Assembly (NCBI GenBank): GCA_038496445.1
Contig: JALMLS010000387.1
Coordinates: 36,627 to 100,626, forward strand
Source: Trichosphaerium sp. ATCC 40318
Lineage: Eukaryota > Protista > Tubulinea
Direction: 5' to 3'
Length of the DNA stretch: 64,000 nucleotides
Shown: piece after piece, positions 25,504-37,492 of the stretch
How the letters are laid out: each line of letters begins with the position of its first letter
Numbering within the stretch: position 1 is the stretch's first letter
Notes under the pieces: model-generated
Databases searched by the model: none
What the model was told of the DNA's origin: nothing
Seen by the model: the letters and a program-made list of their open reading frames with translations, nothing else
Position numbers and translations under genes: made by a program

Positions 25504-25907
25504 ATTTGTTGATATGCACTAGCTGAGACGCAATACCGATCGAAAAAATATCCCAAAAGCATAGCATTTATGCAGTAGTTTAACGCTGCGAATTAGCTAT
25601 TTGACGCACGCATTATACCCACGGCAATCCTCACGTTGTGATACGCTTGTTATACGCTTGTTATACCTCATGTCGCTTGTAAAGTTGCCTAATAACTAAT
25701 TTAATTGTAGGTACGTTAAAATAGGGTCCATTTGCTTGGTATCACGATCTGGCATTTCGCTCTACCATCGCAAAAATTTTACGAAACACGCTATAACTAC
25801 TTCGACTGACATTATACTATGTTTCTGTACGTTAATTGTGAACTAGGACTTTTTTTGAATGCGGTTGGTATTTATTGTTGACGACAAAAGAACGTTTGAG
25901 TTACAGC

Positions 25908-27290
25908 TTATTCGTTTAGTAGGTCATCATCACAGATAGAAGGTTGGGTAGTCTCAGGACCTAAAACAATACCATCCACGATATTGTTGATGAACACACC
26001 ATACTGATGGTGAGCATTTGCAGCGGTCATGCCTTCGGTGGATAATACAGGCATAGTAGGAAGGGTAAATGTCCCGAAAGGCATATCAAGCGTCATTGGA
26101 TCATGAAATTGCTCTACATCCATACCAATAGTGAGAATATCGACAACGAAATCCTCTTCATCTGGGAGAGTAGGTGCAACAAGGTCATCATCACTGTTTA
26201 CAACTACAAAGGTAGTCAGTAAAATAAAAAACAAAAAAAAACAAGATTGCAAAAAAAAAAAAAAAATTCGTACCAAAAGGCATAGGAGGTTGTTGATTGG
26301 TGTTGTTGACGACTGGTAAAGATGGTAGTACCAAAGCTTCAGCGACAAAGCTTTCAACGTTTTGAGTGCACGTTGGAGGGTTTGGTGAAGCCTGAGCGCA
26401 GACGGAAGGAGGAACGTGAACCTTTGGTTCTTCTTTCACTTCGTTGATAGTACTTGGACTGTTGGCAGGCGTCCCGGAGACTGTTGGAAATAGCACAGTT
26501 GCTGGAGCGCAGGTTGGCTTCTTTACACGCTTGCAAGGTTTCGTAGTGGTGCGTGGAGCATCTTCTCGTTTGCGTCTTGCCCTACGGGCGACTGTAGGAC
26601 GAAGGTTGTTGGCGGCAATCCATTCTTTTAAATCCTTACTACGGCGGTTCCTATTGTTGTTGAACCAAGTCTTGACTCTTTCCCAGGTGATGTTGCAGAA
26701 GAAACCAAGGCGTTGTCTTTCGGCGAAGCTTGGGTATGGATCCTAATGATTGCAATGAGTACGAGAAGGCACAAAGACAAAAAAAACAAAGCGAAAAAGA
26801 AGAAAAAAATACTGAAACGTACTGTAGCGTGTTGAAAGAGCCAGTTTGTTAGGATGAGTGTAGCACGGTGAGAGAGAGTTTTAGAGGCAGCAGGGAGAGA
26901 AGCTACATTGTTGACCTCGTTTTGAATCATGGTGTACAGCCTGCTTTGTAGAAGAAGTCTCATCTGATTGAACTTTACGTCAAGTTGTTTGAGGTGGTTG
27001 TTCGTTTGTTGTTGAGTAAGAAACTCTGAAAGAGGTTCCTGAGAGGCTTCAAGCTTAAGGAGATGTACTTTCTCCTTGATGAACTTTTCAAGCTTGGCAA
27101 GCCTTGCCGTGTATTGAGTGAACATAAATGCAGCTTTCTCTTTGATGAGTTGAGAATCGAGAGCACTTCCAAATCTTTCAAAAACAGCTTTTTGAGTTAA
27201 CGGAGGTATGATTGATTCCATGAGACTCATATTACTAAGTTCTTTGTTTAATGCTTCCATAGGCGTATTTGGTAGGGCTTTGACTTCCAT
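25908..27290 (-). CDS. TALE homeodomain protein with PBC-B-like domain (class A, copy A1; 3 exons)
   Basis: Spliced HD: RATLILTNWLFQHAT|DPYPSFAERQRLGFFCNITWERVKTWFNNNRNRR (intron 26743-26822). Upstream KFNQMRLLLQSRL; Pro-rich linker and acidic tail. Confidence 0.9.
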
Positions 27291-28099
27291 GTTCGAGTTC
27301 TATTGAGGAGAGGAGTTGTTATCCGTGTGTAGCTTTGATAGAATAGTTTTTAGGCACAAAAACTTCAAAGATTTTGACCTTAAATGCCTCCTATTTCGGA
27401 CCAACCTCAACAACACCACGAATGGAATAGTGCAAGTGATTACTTATACGCCAATGTGTATATTACGCGTTTTGTTATCCCGTAATCAATCTAACAGTTT
27501 TCTGAACGCTAAGATTTGACTGGAAAATACGTAGCGAAGCAATGTGGTTGTTTGCGATGGGTTTTTGAGGTTAATGTTACCAACATTTTGGTGTTTAGAA
27601 AAGCGCTGTACTACTTCGTCATAAGCAAAAATGCGCATGCGTAGATGCTACATGGGTGTATGTACGTCCTATATACTTCGGGTACTAGAAGTTCCGTTTT
27701 AGGCATGTTTCGAAAAGAGAATTTCTTCCTTTGTGTGATAGTTTGTAGTCCCGTAATACAACACTTTTTAAAAGCTCTTTTTATCGGAAGAAACTGTAGT
27801 TATTCAATTTTGTCTGCGGTTCTTAATTAGGTCTGTTTTATCCTCAATGATATGCACTTAAACGTGTACAACGCAATCTACTATGCGCACAAACTGTTAG
27901 AGCTTTTTTGCTCAAATAATTATAAAATTAGTTCTACAACGCTAAAAACGTTCACTTTCGCTCATGACGGAGAAAGTGATTGAATTGTAAGTGATTGAAC
28001 AATAGTCATCGATCTTTAACATAAAAAGCAGAAATCTTTCAAATTCTATTTATTCATTGTCTATTATACATTATTTTTTCGTTTTTTAGCTTATCGCAA

Positions 28100-29763
28100 T
28101 CACAATAAAGCTAAATGAAGCTGAAGGGAAACTTCTTTGTTTTTTAACGAAGAAGCTTTACCCAAAGCGTCACGCCCAACTTCTAGAATTTCTTTATAAT
28201 CATTCACAACAGCTGAAGTATGTGTTAAAGTTTTGCCTAAAGCCTTAGAATCGGAAAGAAGTTTCTGTTGATCATCGATTATTCTTGTCGATTTTTGAAG
28301 CAAGACACTCGCTTCTTCAAGTTTTGTTCTCACCTGAGGCTGGTCTAACGTGACGTTATCACGTACTCTCATGATTTGAGCGACTTGGTTCACTTTGATG
28401 CTCATTTTTTTGTATTTTTCGAGACAAGCCGTTAATTCCTTTTCGAATGAGAATAGGTTTGTAGCTTGTACAGAAACAATAGAGTCACCAAACGCCTAAA
28501 CGGAAACTAAGCCTAAAAAGGGCAAAAATATATGATTGATTTTAAACAACAAAGAGAATTCTGTAGTTGTTTTCGAGAGTTGTTTTTTGTGGAAAACTCA
28601 CCTTTTGTTTGCTGTTTTCAAGCTCCGTTGATTGTTTTTTTAGTTGGGTACGAAGTTGTGAAACATTCTTTGACACTGCATAAATCTCGCCCTAAAGGTA
28701 GCATTAGTACGCAACTAGATTCGTAGTTGACGTACAAGGGTGTTTGCTGTATTCGCTTTTTTGGCGAGTGCTGCATTTTTGTTCATGAGTTGCCATTGAA
28801 GGAGTTGGGTTTGTAGAAGCTCTATACGCTTCATTTTGGTATCCTTAGACTTTTCCATTCCCATTCGGACTCGCTACAAAAAAAATAAATAAACATTCTA
28901 AAAACAAGTTGTTCCGGGCTTCTACACGAACAGAAAAAATTGAAAAAAATGCCACGCTATGCACATAATACTAATGTACTCATAGAAAACTTTTGAGCTT
29001 CAAACGATTTGATACAAACGCGCGAAAAATCGGTTAATAAAAATAGCATTTTAAATCCGAACGTACTGTCGTTAACTTTGAACGTTGCGGTTTGTTTTGT
29101 GCTGGTTTGGTAGTAGTATTGACTCTACGCTTTCTCACAACAGGAGTTTTTGTAAGAAAAGCTCTGGCCTGATTTCTCGCATTTTCACTTGCAAACGCGC
29201 TATTTCGTACTGGTTTGCGCTTCTTCATCGAAGAACGAAGCGTACCAGCTACTACCGGCTTTGGCTTTCGTTTGTGGGCCCAGTCACCTGTATGGCGGCC
29301 GATGAGTCGTCGTTTCAAAGCTTTGAGTTTAACGTACGTGTTATCATCGTTGCGCGTCTTCCATTTGGTGCTGGTTGGCGTTTTTGCAGAGCGGCAGGAA
29401 GCATTGTAGCTCTTCGTGTTTGTAGTGGCGGAAGTTGAGTAAGCGGCTTCCTGGTTTTCTTTGTGGTTGATGATGGTTGCATGTAACGTGAAGCAACATG
29501 TTTAACTACAATTCAGTGTGAGCAATTTTACCGTTATTCTTTCTTTACCTCTTCTACGTTTTGCTGTAGACGGTGCTGCAGTGCGTTTTGGTACAGTTTT
29601 TCGGTTATACGGCGTCTCAAGCAGAATATCATCAGTAGGTAGCCGTCGTTGCTTTTTTGCTAACAAATATAAGGTTTGAAGGTAGTTTTATTAGCGTTTT
29701 ACTTGTTGAGCTAAATAATCGCTTTTGAACTGATCCAAATGGCGTTTGCGAAGACAGAGACAT
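28100..29763 (-). CDS. Augmin subunit 8 (HAUS8/AUG8, QWRF-family)-like protein, multi-exon
   Basis: Basic N-terminus with VASRYMQ; coiled coil with LLQTQLLQWQLMN (QWRF-like), then EIYAVSKNVSQLR. Confidence 0.65.
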
Positions 29764-29931
29764 GATACAATCAACGCGGGAAACAAATCAAGTGGTGTTT
29801 TCAAACGAAGTCATTTTTTTTTATACAATTGGTTTATTGACGCATAGGTAGCCCATTTACATTTTTATGAGTATCATAGTACTCTTGTACAAGTAAGTGA
29901 TGAGCTAGCGTCGTCGCACGTGAAGGTTTTT

Positions 29932-30480
29932 TTACTCTTCGCTCTTCTTAGCGCGTTTCTTGTTCTTTTGTCTTTGCAATTCTTCCTCGGCCTTGCGCAT
30001 CTTGTACGCCTTCTTGGTATCTCCACGACGACGGCGGGTATTGGTGAACCATACGCTGATTTGATCAACTGATAGGCCAATATTTGCGGACATTTCTTGC
30101 TTCACTGTGAAGTCTGGGTACGGAAGAGGTAGATGACCTTGGTACCACGTGTCCATTGCCAATTTGGCTGCATCAGAGTGATTTGCTGGCCTATTATTTC
30201 CAGCTGTCGTTGGGATGTTAGGGTCAAGGTCTGTGTCGTAGTCATCAACTAAGGTGTCAGAGTATTCGCCAAGCGTTATAGATTGCGCTAACTCTGCTAG
30301 TTTCTCGTCGGTACCAGCCTTTAGAGCTCGTTGACGCTGTAAAGCTGCGGAATAGATTTCAACAAATTTTTGTTGAGCTTCTGGACTAGCGTTAATTTCG
30401 ACAGGGGCTATACTAAGAATGTCGGTGTGTTCGGTGAGGTTATCTAGTAGTGCACGGTGAACTTGTTGAGGTGTTGCCAT
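29932..30480 (-). CDS. Small intronless TALE homeodomain protein (class B, copy B1)
   Basis: RPANHSDAAKLAMDTWYQGHLPLPYPDFTVKQEMSANIGLSVDQISVWFTNTRRRR. ATG at 30480 (MATPQQ). Confidence 0.92.
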   Translation of the reverse strand: MATPQQVHRALLDNLTEHTDILSIAPVEINASPEAQQKFVEIYSAALQRQRALKAGTDEKLAELAQSITLGEYSDTLVDDYDTDLDPNIPTTAGNNRPANHSDAAKLAMDTWYQGHLPLPYPDFTVKQEMSANIGLSVDQISVWFTNTRRRRGDTKKAYKMRKAEEELQRQKNKKRAKKSEE

Positions 30481-31131
30481 TGTTGTTTGTTTGTATTTAA
30501 CTGATTTATAATAGGATTTCGCCTCGAAAAATTTGATACGAAAACTCAATAATCACTCAAGATTGAAAGACAATTATAGTTTACGCGTATAGATGGTAAA
30601 AAAGCCGAAAGATTCATATTTTGTTAAAATTCCTACTAAAGTTTATAATATCAATCATGTGTGGTACGCTGGCCTGCCTCTATAAAAGCTCTACATACGT
30701 TCTCTAAGAATTTCGAGTGTTATTTTCCGACTTACCTGTTTTGGAGAAAAGAGAAAATTATCTATCAATGCGCTTACACTACGCGCAAAATGTAGCATAT
30801 TTTATGATAGATAAATGTAAGTTGCGAAAAAAAAACTTAAAATAATCGCTTGTATACTAAAACACTGATATCGCTAGTCATGCGTAGTAGAACCATTACT
30901 CCCAGTTTCAAAGCGAACTAATCTGATTGATAGGAAATACGGAATCGCTTTCTGATGCTCCAGAAGTACATAAAATCGCTAAAAAAACACATTACGAATC
31001 GTAAAATTTGGTTTACATGTTAATTCTCCAAAAGTGGAACCAAGAATTTGGGTGGACGAGGGTTTTACCCCCAAATGCAAAGCTACACAAAAACAATCTA
31101 TCAACGACCTCAACCACTCCTTACACGACCA

Positions 31132-32494
31132 ATGGAAGAAAATAAGCAAAATCCACCTGTTAATCAAAAAGCAATCGATAAGCTGGCCGAAAGCTTCCAA
31201 AACGCTACGATAACGGAAATTCGTGACGTACCAGGAATCGTACCTCAATTGCAGCGAGCTCAAGTACTCTCGAGGTTCCCAGGAGTTACTTCAACCGAAA
31301 TTCTTGAACAGAAAATTTCGTGGCTGTTCTCGCAATATATTGGTGCTCTTACCAAACTCGAAGCTATTGTAGACGCAAAGGTCCAAAACCTGGCACGTGT
31401 ACTAGCCAAGCCTGGAGTCGCAAAGTTATTTCCAGAAGACTTAAAGAAACTCAAACTGCATGTGGTGTCGACTAAGTTCAATCCCGTGCGCATTGAGTAC
31501 CAACAAAGACTTTTCAAAGCCGTTACCGCCGAAATCGAACACCAAAAGTCTATTCCTGCAGATGGAAGAAGAATTCCTCATCGCGCGCAGCGTATTCTAA
31601 CCAATTGGCTCTTTGTTCACGCAGCAGTAAGTTATCAATCACGTATTTATTAAATGCTCACATGCTTGTTAGAACCCTTATCCTACCGAAGCTGAACGAC
31701 AAAAGCTTGCGTTTGTTTGTAATTTGACTTGGGCCAAAGTTAAGACTTGGTTCAACAACAACAGGAACCGCCGTCGCGAGGACTTGCAACAATGGCTTGT
31801 TGCTCGTGGCATCGTACCTGCTCCAAATGCACCAAGACGCCAAGCACGAAACGCCAACCCTGTAGCCAATCACGCTCCAAGACGAGTTAGAAACACCAAC
31901 CCTGTAGCCAACAATGCTCCTACTGCTGCCCCTCTCAACACTCCAACATCTCTAGCCCCTGTTGCGCGTAATACCGCTGTTCGTAACCCTAACCGTACTC
32001 GCAAGTTGAAGACGATTAAAAAAGAAAAGAAGTACGTCGAGGAAATATCTCATGAACCTCCTCAATCAGGTGCACTTCCTACACCGCCTGTACCAGCAGT
32101 CATCAGCAGTGCCAACGTTGTTTATCCTCGTACCAGTACGTTTGTCAGCAGTAGTTACAACACTTTTTCTTATTGCTACATAGCCACTTTTCCGCCAGAT
32201 ATTCTTACTGCACCTGTGCTCGAGCTAGGTAGTGCCTACATCGAACACGAAACCAACTTTCTCACCGATGGAATGATCCCAGCACTTGGTGGCGATCTAG
32301 CAATGCCCGATAGCACTTTGCTTACGTTTCAAGAGCCGCTAGAGATGCTGTTAAATCCAATGGGAGAATTCACAGTATCAGAAGATGTGAGGATTAACGC
32401 CAATGACGTAAATGAGCAAAATGCTACAGTACGCGTAGATGCCTTTGTGACTGGCCTCGTAGACAACTTTGTCTTTTATGATTCTGACATTTAA
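31132..32494 (+). CDS. TALE homeodomain protein with PBC-B-like domain (class A, copy A2)
   Basis: RAQRILTNWLFVHAA|NPYPTEAERQKLAFVCNLTWAKVKTWFNNNRNRRR (intron 31627-31672). KFNPVRIEYQQRL upstream; acidic tail. Confidence 0.92.
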
Positions 32495-33175
32495 TTGGTT
32501 TGTCCTATGTAACTCTCGAGCAATAAATTGTATTGAGTTAATTGCTCTTTCTTTTGTTTCATTTTAACCAACGCTTCCTATAGTATTCTTTGAAATACAC
32601 TATGGTTACCGTCTCTTGTAAAAGGTTGTCGTAATGTTGTTGAATGTGTTTGTAGGTTATTGAGGAAAAAACTGATCCTTGCTATGTTTAAAAGCAATTT
32701 TCGTGCCACCTACAATTTTATTGTCGTTATAAGAAGGGACTAGCATAGGCGAAAAAAGGAAATTGACTGACGTACGTTTATTCCCATTTAAACAATACAA
32801 TATTTTTGTGAGGGAGGCAAAGGCAGACTGTGCTGTTTTTCCGTTCCCAGTTTTTTACTGTTCTTCATCTGTAAGTCATAGTATTACTACGCATCCCACT
32901 GAACACACATTGCCATAGAAGGTGCCAGTGCAAAGAAAGGTTGTCTGGGTTCTAATCTGAAGAACCTTTGTGTACTAGTTGTGTTGTCGCTCTATTGGTG
33001 CTTTGTGGCTGAAATCAATGATGATAAGCCATTTAATTGCAGGTGGGCACGTGTTGCAGCAATTTGTACTCATGTTTAAAAATTCGCTTAAGCAACTGTT
33101 TTTGGATCAGCTAGCAAAACGTTCGAAAACTGTATGCGACAGTAGTGTATTTTAAGTCACTGCAATCTATAATAA

Positions 33176-33478
33176 CTAAGCATCTTGTGTACCAACTAGT
33201 TGTTTTGATGTAGTTGCAACTAGGATAGTATGTATATTCGATTCTATGTCTGTTGTACGAGCGTTGGTAAACCAGTCATACACTTGGTTAGTAGTCAGAC
33301 CAGATTGCTGAGCTATTCCATCGTATTCATCACCACTTGGGTATGGTTTTGGAATAAGGCGTTTAAACCATTGTTCCAACACTTTGATTGCAGATGGGTG
33401 AATAATACGGCCCCTTGTTGGTGCTCTTTTTTGGGATTCTATCGTTGTATGTGCTATCGTATCGGCTGAACATTGCAT
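33176..33478 (-). pseudogene. N-terminally truncated class B TALE homeobox gene (B2)
   Basis: HPSAIKVLEQWFKRLIPKPYPSGDEYDGIAQQSGLTTNQVYDWFTNAR. It lacks the family N-terminal region and the basic tail. Confidence 0.65.
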
Positions 33479-33964
33479 GGACCACCAAATTCTAATTCAG
33501 TACAAAATAGATTGGTGTTTGGCAAAAAAAAACGTGATGTGAAATTTGTTTGTGCACTAATGTCTTTTTGTGAACTAATTTCTATTGCACATAGCAATCG
33601 TTTGTTTTCTGTCTCCTTCAAAGCTTGTGCGACTGACAAATCAATGCATAACCAATTACATAGGTGCCGTCACCTCCCTACATGTGCATTTGTAATCAAT
33701 ATCTTGTTTCAATTCAGTCCAAAGCAGGTATCGCACGTGATTCTCAACTAATACATCAATTTGATATTTTGGAATGGACTGGTCAGCTCCTTAGTGCCAT
33801 CGACTTTCCTTCTACTGTGCATCGATCTGTGGTTATAAAGAAGAGAATGCCTGTTGGTGGCCAACTAAAAGGATGTAATAATATTATCATCAGTTACAAT
33901 CAAAGGTAAACATGAGATCATAGTTTATTGTTACTAATCGAACAAGTAGGACAGTACATAGGTT

Positions 33965-34498
33965 CTATTGTTCAGTTTTTACACGCTTGGCTTTGCTTTC
34001 TTCTTTTACTGAAGCCAATTTGCGTTTGTTTTCCTTGTGGGTATGTCCACGGCGACGGCGGGCGTTAATAAACCACACTCTAACTTGAGTAACACGTAGT
34101 CCGGCTTGCCTAGCGATTTGAATGTACTGATGATGATCTGGATATGGCTGTGGAATGCGAGGAGTGTACCAATCTTCCATGACTTGAATGGCATCTGCTG
34201 AATGATTCGCTGGACGATTGTGACCATTCGTATCAGGTATGGCAACATTGTAGGTGGTTTCGTAGTGGTGAATCATCCCTTGAAGGTCCTTAAGAGGTGA
34301 TTGTTCTTGATCGGTTGTTATCTCTTGCAAAAGGTTGGCAACAATCTTGTCACGTTTTTCAACAAAGTTGAGACACATTTTAGTGAACTTTTCAACGAGA
34401 GCTGAAGCGACGTGTGAGATATCAGGAGCAAATCCAATTACTTTATCGCCGTTGATCTCTACTAGCTTCTTGTATGCTTCAAATGCCATGTTGTTCAT
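33965..34498 (-). CDS. Small intronless TALE homeodomain protein (class B, copy B3)
   Basis: RPANHSADAIQVMEDWYTPRIPQPYP..GLRVTQVRVWFINARRRR. Start at 34498 by alignment with B4. Confidence 0.92.
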   Translation of the reverse strand: MNNMAFEAYKKLVEINGDKVIGFAPDISHVASALVEKFTKMCLNFVEKRDKIVANLLQEITTDQEQSPLKDLQGMIHHYETTYNVAIPDTNGHNRPANHSADAIQVMEDWYTPRIPQPYPDHHQYIQIARQAGLRVTQVRVWFINARRRRGHTHKENKRKLASVKEESKAKRVKTEQ

Positions 34499-34568
34499 GT
34501 TGATGATGAGGTGTTGTTGTTGTACTGTTGCGATAATAATGATTGTTTGAGTGTACAATATTAGACAA

Positions 34569-34596
34569 CCAAATTCTAATTCACTGTTGATTGGTT
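34569..34596 (-). promoter_or_regulatory. Conserved upstream element of class B genes, containing a CCAAT box
   Basis: AACCAATCAACAGTGAATTAGAATTTG is 26/27 identical to 36070-36096 and lies ~70-100 nt upstream of both ATGs. A variant occurs at 33485-33516. Confidence 0.55.
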
Positions 34597-35458
34597 TGCT
34601 TCTATTTTTATATATTTTCCTTTCCATTTGATAGACGAATACTATCAATCTATACATATTATTGATGGACTTATTTGGATCAACAGAGGTGAGCGGTTCG
34701 AAAAAATCAATCATCACTGAACAAAAACAAACTTTTTTCTTGAGCAGAAACTGAGCTTTCTAGCGTTTACTACCAGGTACATTGCTTGCTAGTTTAAAGT
34801 TTAGCCTAACTCTAACAAATATTCAATATAGACAACAACGACATTGTGGCATAGTTCGTATACGCTCAGAAAGTTCACAAAGGAACGCTATCAATCTGAA
34901 TAAAACAAAATCTCAAACCAATCACCGCTGATCGAAAACAGCTTTCACTCACAAACTGGAAAACGGAATAATATCAATCTATCGTCGACCTGATAACCAG
35001 CAATTGTTTTGTTTACAGAAACATGTAAAGCGACTGGTACAAAAGAGTCGTAGGTCTTAAAACCGCGTCGGGGGAACAAAATGAAATCATTTTACGCAAA
35101 GATAACCTCTTTTAGTCGAAAACAACAAAAAACAGCTTTCGGAGGTCGGTTTACAGTATTGAAGGGAAATACGTAACAACAGAACAGTTTGTTCGGTAAC
35201 GAGAGCAATCTTGCGTTCTTGCAATTCCAAAACGAGCATGTTTTGAATTTTTGCGTTTTACATCCTTACCCGACCTGGGAAGGATATCTACAAGCTACCA
35301 GAGGTAGCCGAGAATACATATCGTACATTAAACACTCTGTAAGGTACCGAAAAGAGAAATAAAAAAAGAACTCGAGAAAATACAGATTAGGCGATTTTAA
35401 GATACAAAATATTCGTTTTTATTAATTTGACAAGGGTTGTAATAGATAAAAGAATACA

Positions 35459-35998
35459 TTATTCGTCTGTATCATTCTTTGCTCGTTTTGCATTTCTTTT
35501 TGCTTTTTCAGCTTCCATTTTACGTTTGAGGTCCTTCCTTGTATGTCCACGGCGACTGCGTGTGTTAGAGAACCATACTCTTACTTGAGGAATAGATAGC
35601 TGCGCATTTTCAGCGATTTCGACTATTTGGTGGCGATCTGGATAAGGTAGTGGAAGATGTAGGGTGTACCAAGATTCCATTACTTGAATTGAGGCACGCG
35701 AATGAGCCGCTGGGCGAACGTTACCTTTTTCGACAGGTATAGCTGGGTTATAAGTGTTTTCATACTGGTGTAGCATCCCGTTAATGTCGTTTAGCGGTGA
35801 TTGTTCTTGGTCTCTTGCTATTTCTTCCAGAAGGTTGGCAACACTTTGTTCACGTTTTTCTACCAAGTCGAGGCAGGAGAAAACGTATTTCTCAATGGTG
35901 GCTGGGTCAATGTGTGATATATCAGGTGCATCACCAATTACTTTATCGCCGTTTATTTCTACTAGTTGCTTGTATGCTTCGAATGCCGTGGTGTACAT
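35459..35998 (-). CDS. Small intronless TALE homeodomain protein (class B, copy B4)
   Basis: RPAAHSRASIQVMESWYTLHLPLPYP..QLSIPQVRVWFSNTRSRR; tandem paralog of B3. Confidence 0.92.
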   Translation of the reverse strand: MYTTAFEAYKQLVEINGDKVIGDAPDISHIDPATIEKYVFSCLDLVEKREQSVANLLEEIARDQEQSPLNDINGMLHQYENTYNPAIPVEKGNVRPAAHSRASIQVMESWYTLHLPLPYPDRHQIVEIAENAQLSIPQVRVWFSNTRSRRGHTRKDLKRKMEAEKAKRNAKRAKNDTDE

Positions 35999-36069
35999 GT
36001 TGATGAGGTGTGGTTGTAGTGTGATTGATATTATATTGATATTTTTTGAGTGTAAAAAGTTGAGGTGGT

Positions 36070-36096
36070 CAAATTCTCATTCACTGTTGATTGGTT
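36070..36096 (-). promoter_or_regulatory. Second copy of the class B upstream element
   Basis: AACCAATCAACAGTGAATGAGAATTTG, 1500 nt from the B3 copy, the same offset as the two ATGs. Confidence 0.55.
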
Positions 36097-36970
36097 CTGA
36101 TAGATTTTTCGCCAATCGAGTGACACTATTATGAGCATACACTGTAAACAACGAAATAGCATTGCGGCTGTACAGGTATAGCCAGTTTAATCTCAAACTG
36201 GAACAGCTTTCGGACAAATATTAAATTCACAAAACTAACAATGAGCTAACAGCGTGCAAACATACGCTCATGTAGTTTTTAGAAAACATCGAGAGCGATT
36301 TATGAGATATCAATCAAACTCAATCAGCACTGAATTTGTTCCTTCTAATCGCTCACTTCGTCGTATCAATCTACGAGTTCACATTTTGAATATACTTTTA
36401 AAAAAAGCGCTATCTTTTGAAAAACCAATCTATAGTACAAAATACGCGTTGATGGATAATATACGAACGTTCTACAGTATATATAAGCACCTTGAATTCG
36501 TTGTAAAAAAAAATACAACCCACACAGTAATGTTTATGTCTGGGTCCTGTACTAGCAAGCTACGAATATTTTCGTTCGTGGGAACCTTTTTGGGAGTTGT
36601 TTACGCCAATTCCAAAACGAGCAAGTTCCGATTTCTGCATTTTACGTCCTTTCCGTACGTGAACAGAATTTAACAACAAAGGTACCGTTCGATAAACAGG
36701 TTTCCGGCGCAAAATGCAGCATAAGGAATTTTGTTATTTTAAAACATCGATACAGACACAGTTTACCTTCGAGGCGTACTTCTAGTAGCATAGAAAGCTT
36801 TAATACGAGTAAACTGTTAGATGGTTACAAAACTAAACAAAATCGCTAAACGAGTGCATCTACGCCTAGGGATACCATAACACAAAACAGAACATTATAA
36901 ATCAAATATTTAATTGTCATTACTTTTTTTTTGTACAATACCGCTGCCGCGGCGCCATAGGCACAAGAGC

Positions 36971-37492
36971 TTACTTCTTCTCTTGTTTGGTTTTTTGACG
37001 CTTGGCAGCTTCTTTCGCTGCTTCTTCCTCGCGTTTACGCTTAGCTCTTGCTTCCTTGATACGAGTACGCCTGTTCTGAAACCACAAGCTTACTTGCCCT
37101 TCCTTTAAACCGCACTCAATAGCGATAATCTTCTTTTCTTGAGCTGTAATATAAGTTTTCTTGTTGTACCATTCCATTAGATAGTCAACAGTATCTTGTG
37201 GATGATTTCTTGGACGTCTTCTACGAGGTGGAGGAGGTAGGTTTTCACCAGTTGCCTCATTGTCGAATTGCTCATACAACACGTCGTCTTGGCCGAGTCC
37301 AAGGTTGGCTATCATACTTTTGATCATGTGTTCTGATTCAGCATCGATGGCAGATTGTTCGTGGATTGATAGTGCACAAACTTGTTGCACTTCAAGGCTG
37401 TTAATGTCACCCAAGGATTCTGCGTCAAATTCAACGGTTTCGGATGTATTCATTGTAACCATTTTCTCTATCATTGTGGCTGTTGTTGTCAT
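36971..37492 (-). CDS. Non-TALE (60-aa) homeodomain protein, intronless (class C)
   Basis: RRRRPRNHPQDTVDYLMEWYNKKTYITAQEKKIIAIECGLKEGQVSLWFQNRRTRIK; no 3-aa loop extension; Q50. Confidence 0.92.
   Translation of the reverse strand: MTTTATMIEKMVTMNTSETVEFDAESLGDINSLEVQQVCALSIHEQSAIDAESEHMIKSMIANLGLGQDDVLYEQFDNEATGENLPPPPRRRRPRNHPQDTVDYLMEWYNKKTYITAQEKKIIAIECGLKEGQVSLWFQNRRTRIKEARAKRKREEEAAKEAAKRQKTKQEKK

Noticed and set aside
31829-31920. 45-nt tandem repeat in A2 (APRR..RN.NPVAN) and 15-bp duplication at 40040-40069
   Set aside because: Ordinary slippage duplications in a low-complexity linker and a 5' leader.
36254-36673. 139-aa plus-strand ORF between B4 and C as a missing partner gene
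   Set aside because: GTG start, no recognisable motif, and it overlaps the conserved non-coding block of the B3/B4 duplication.
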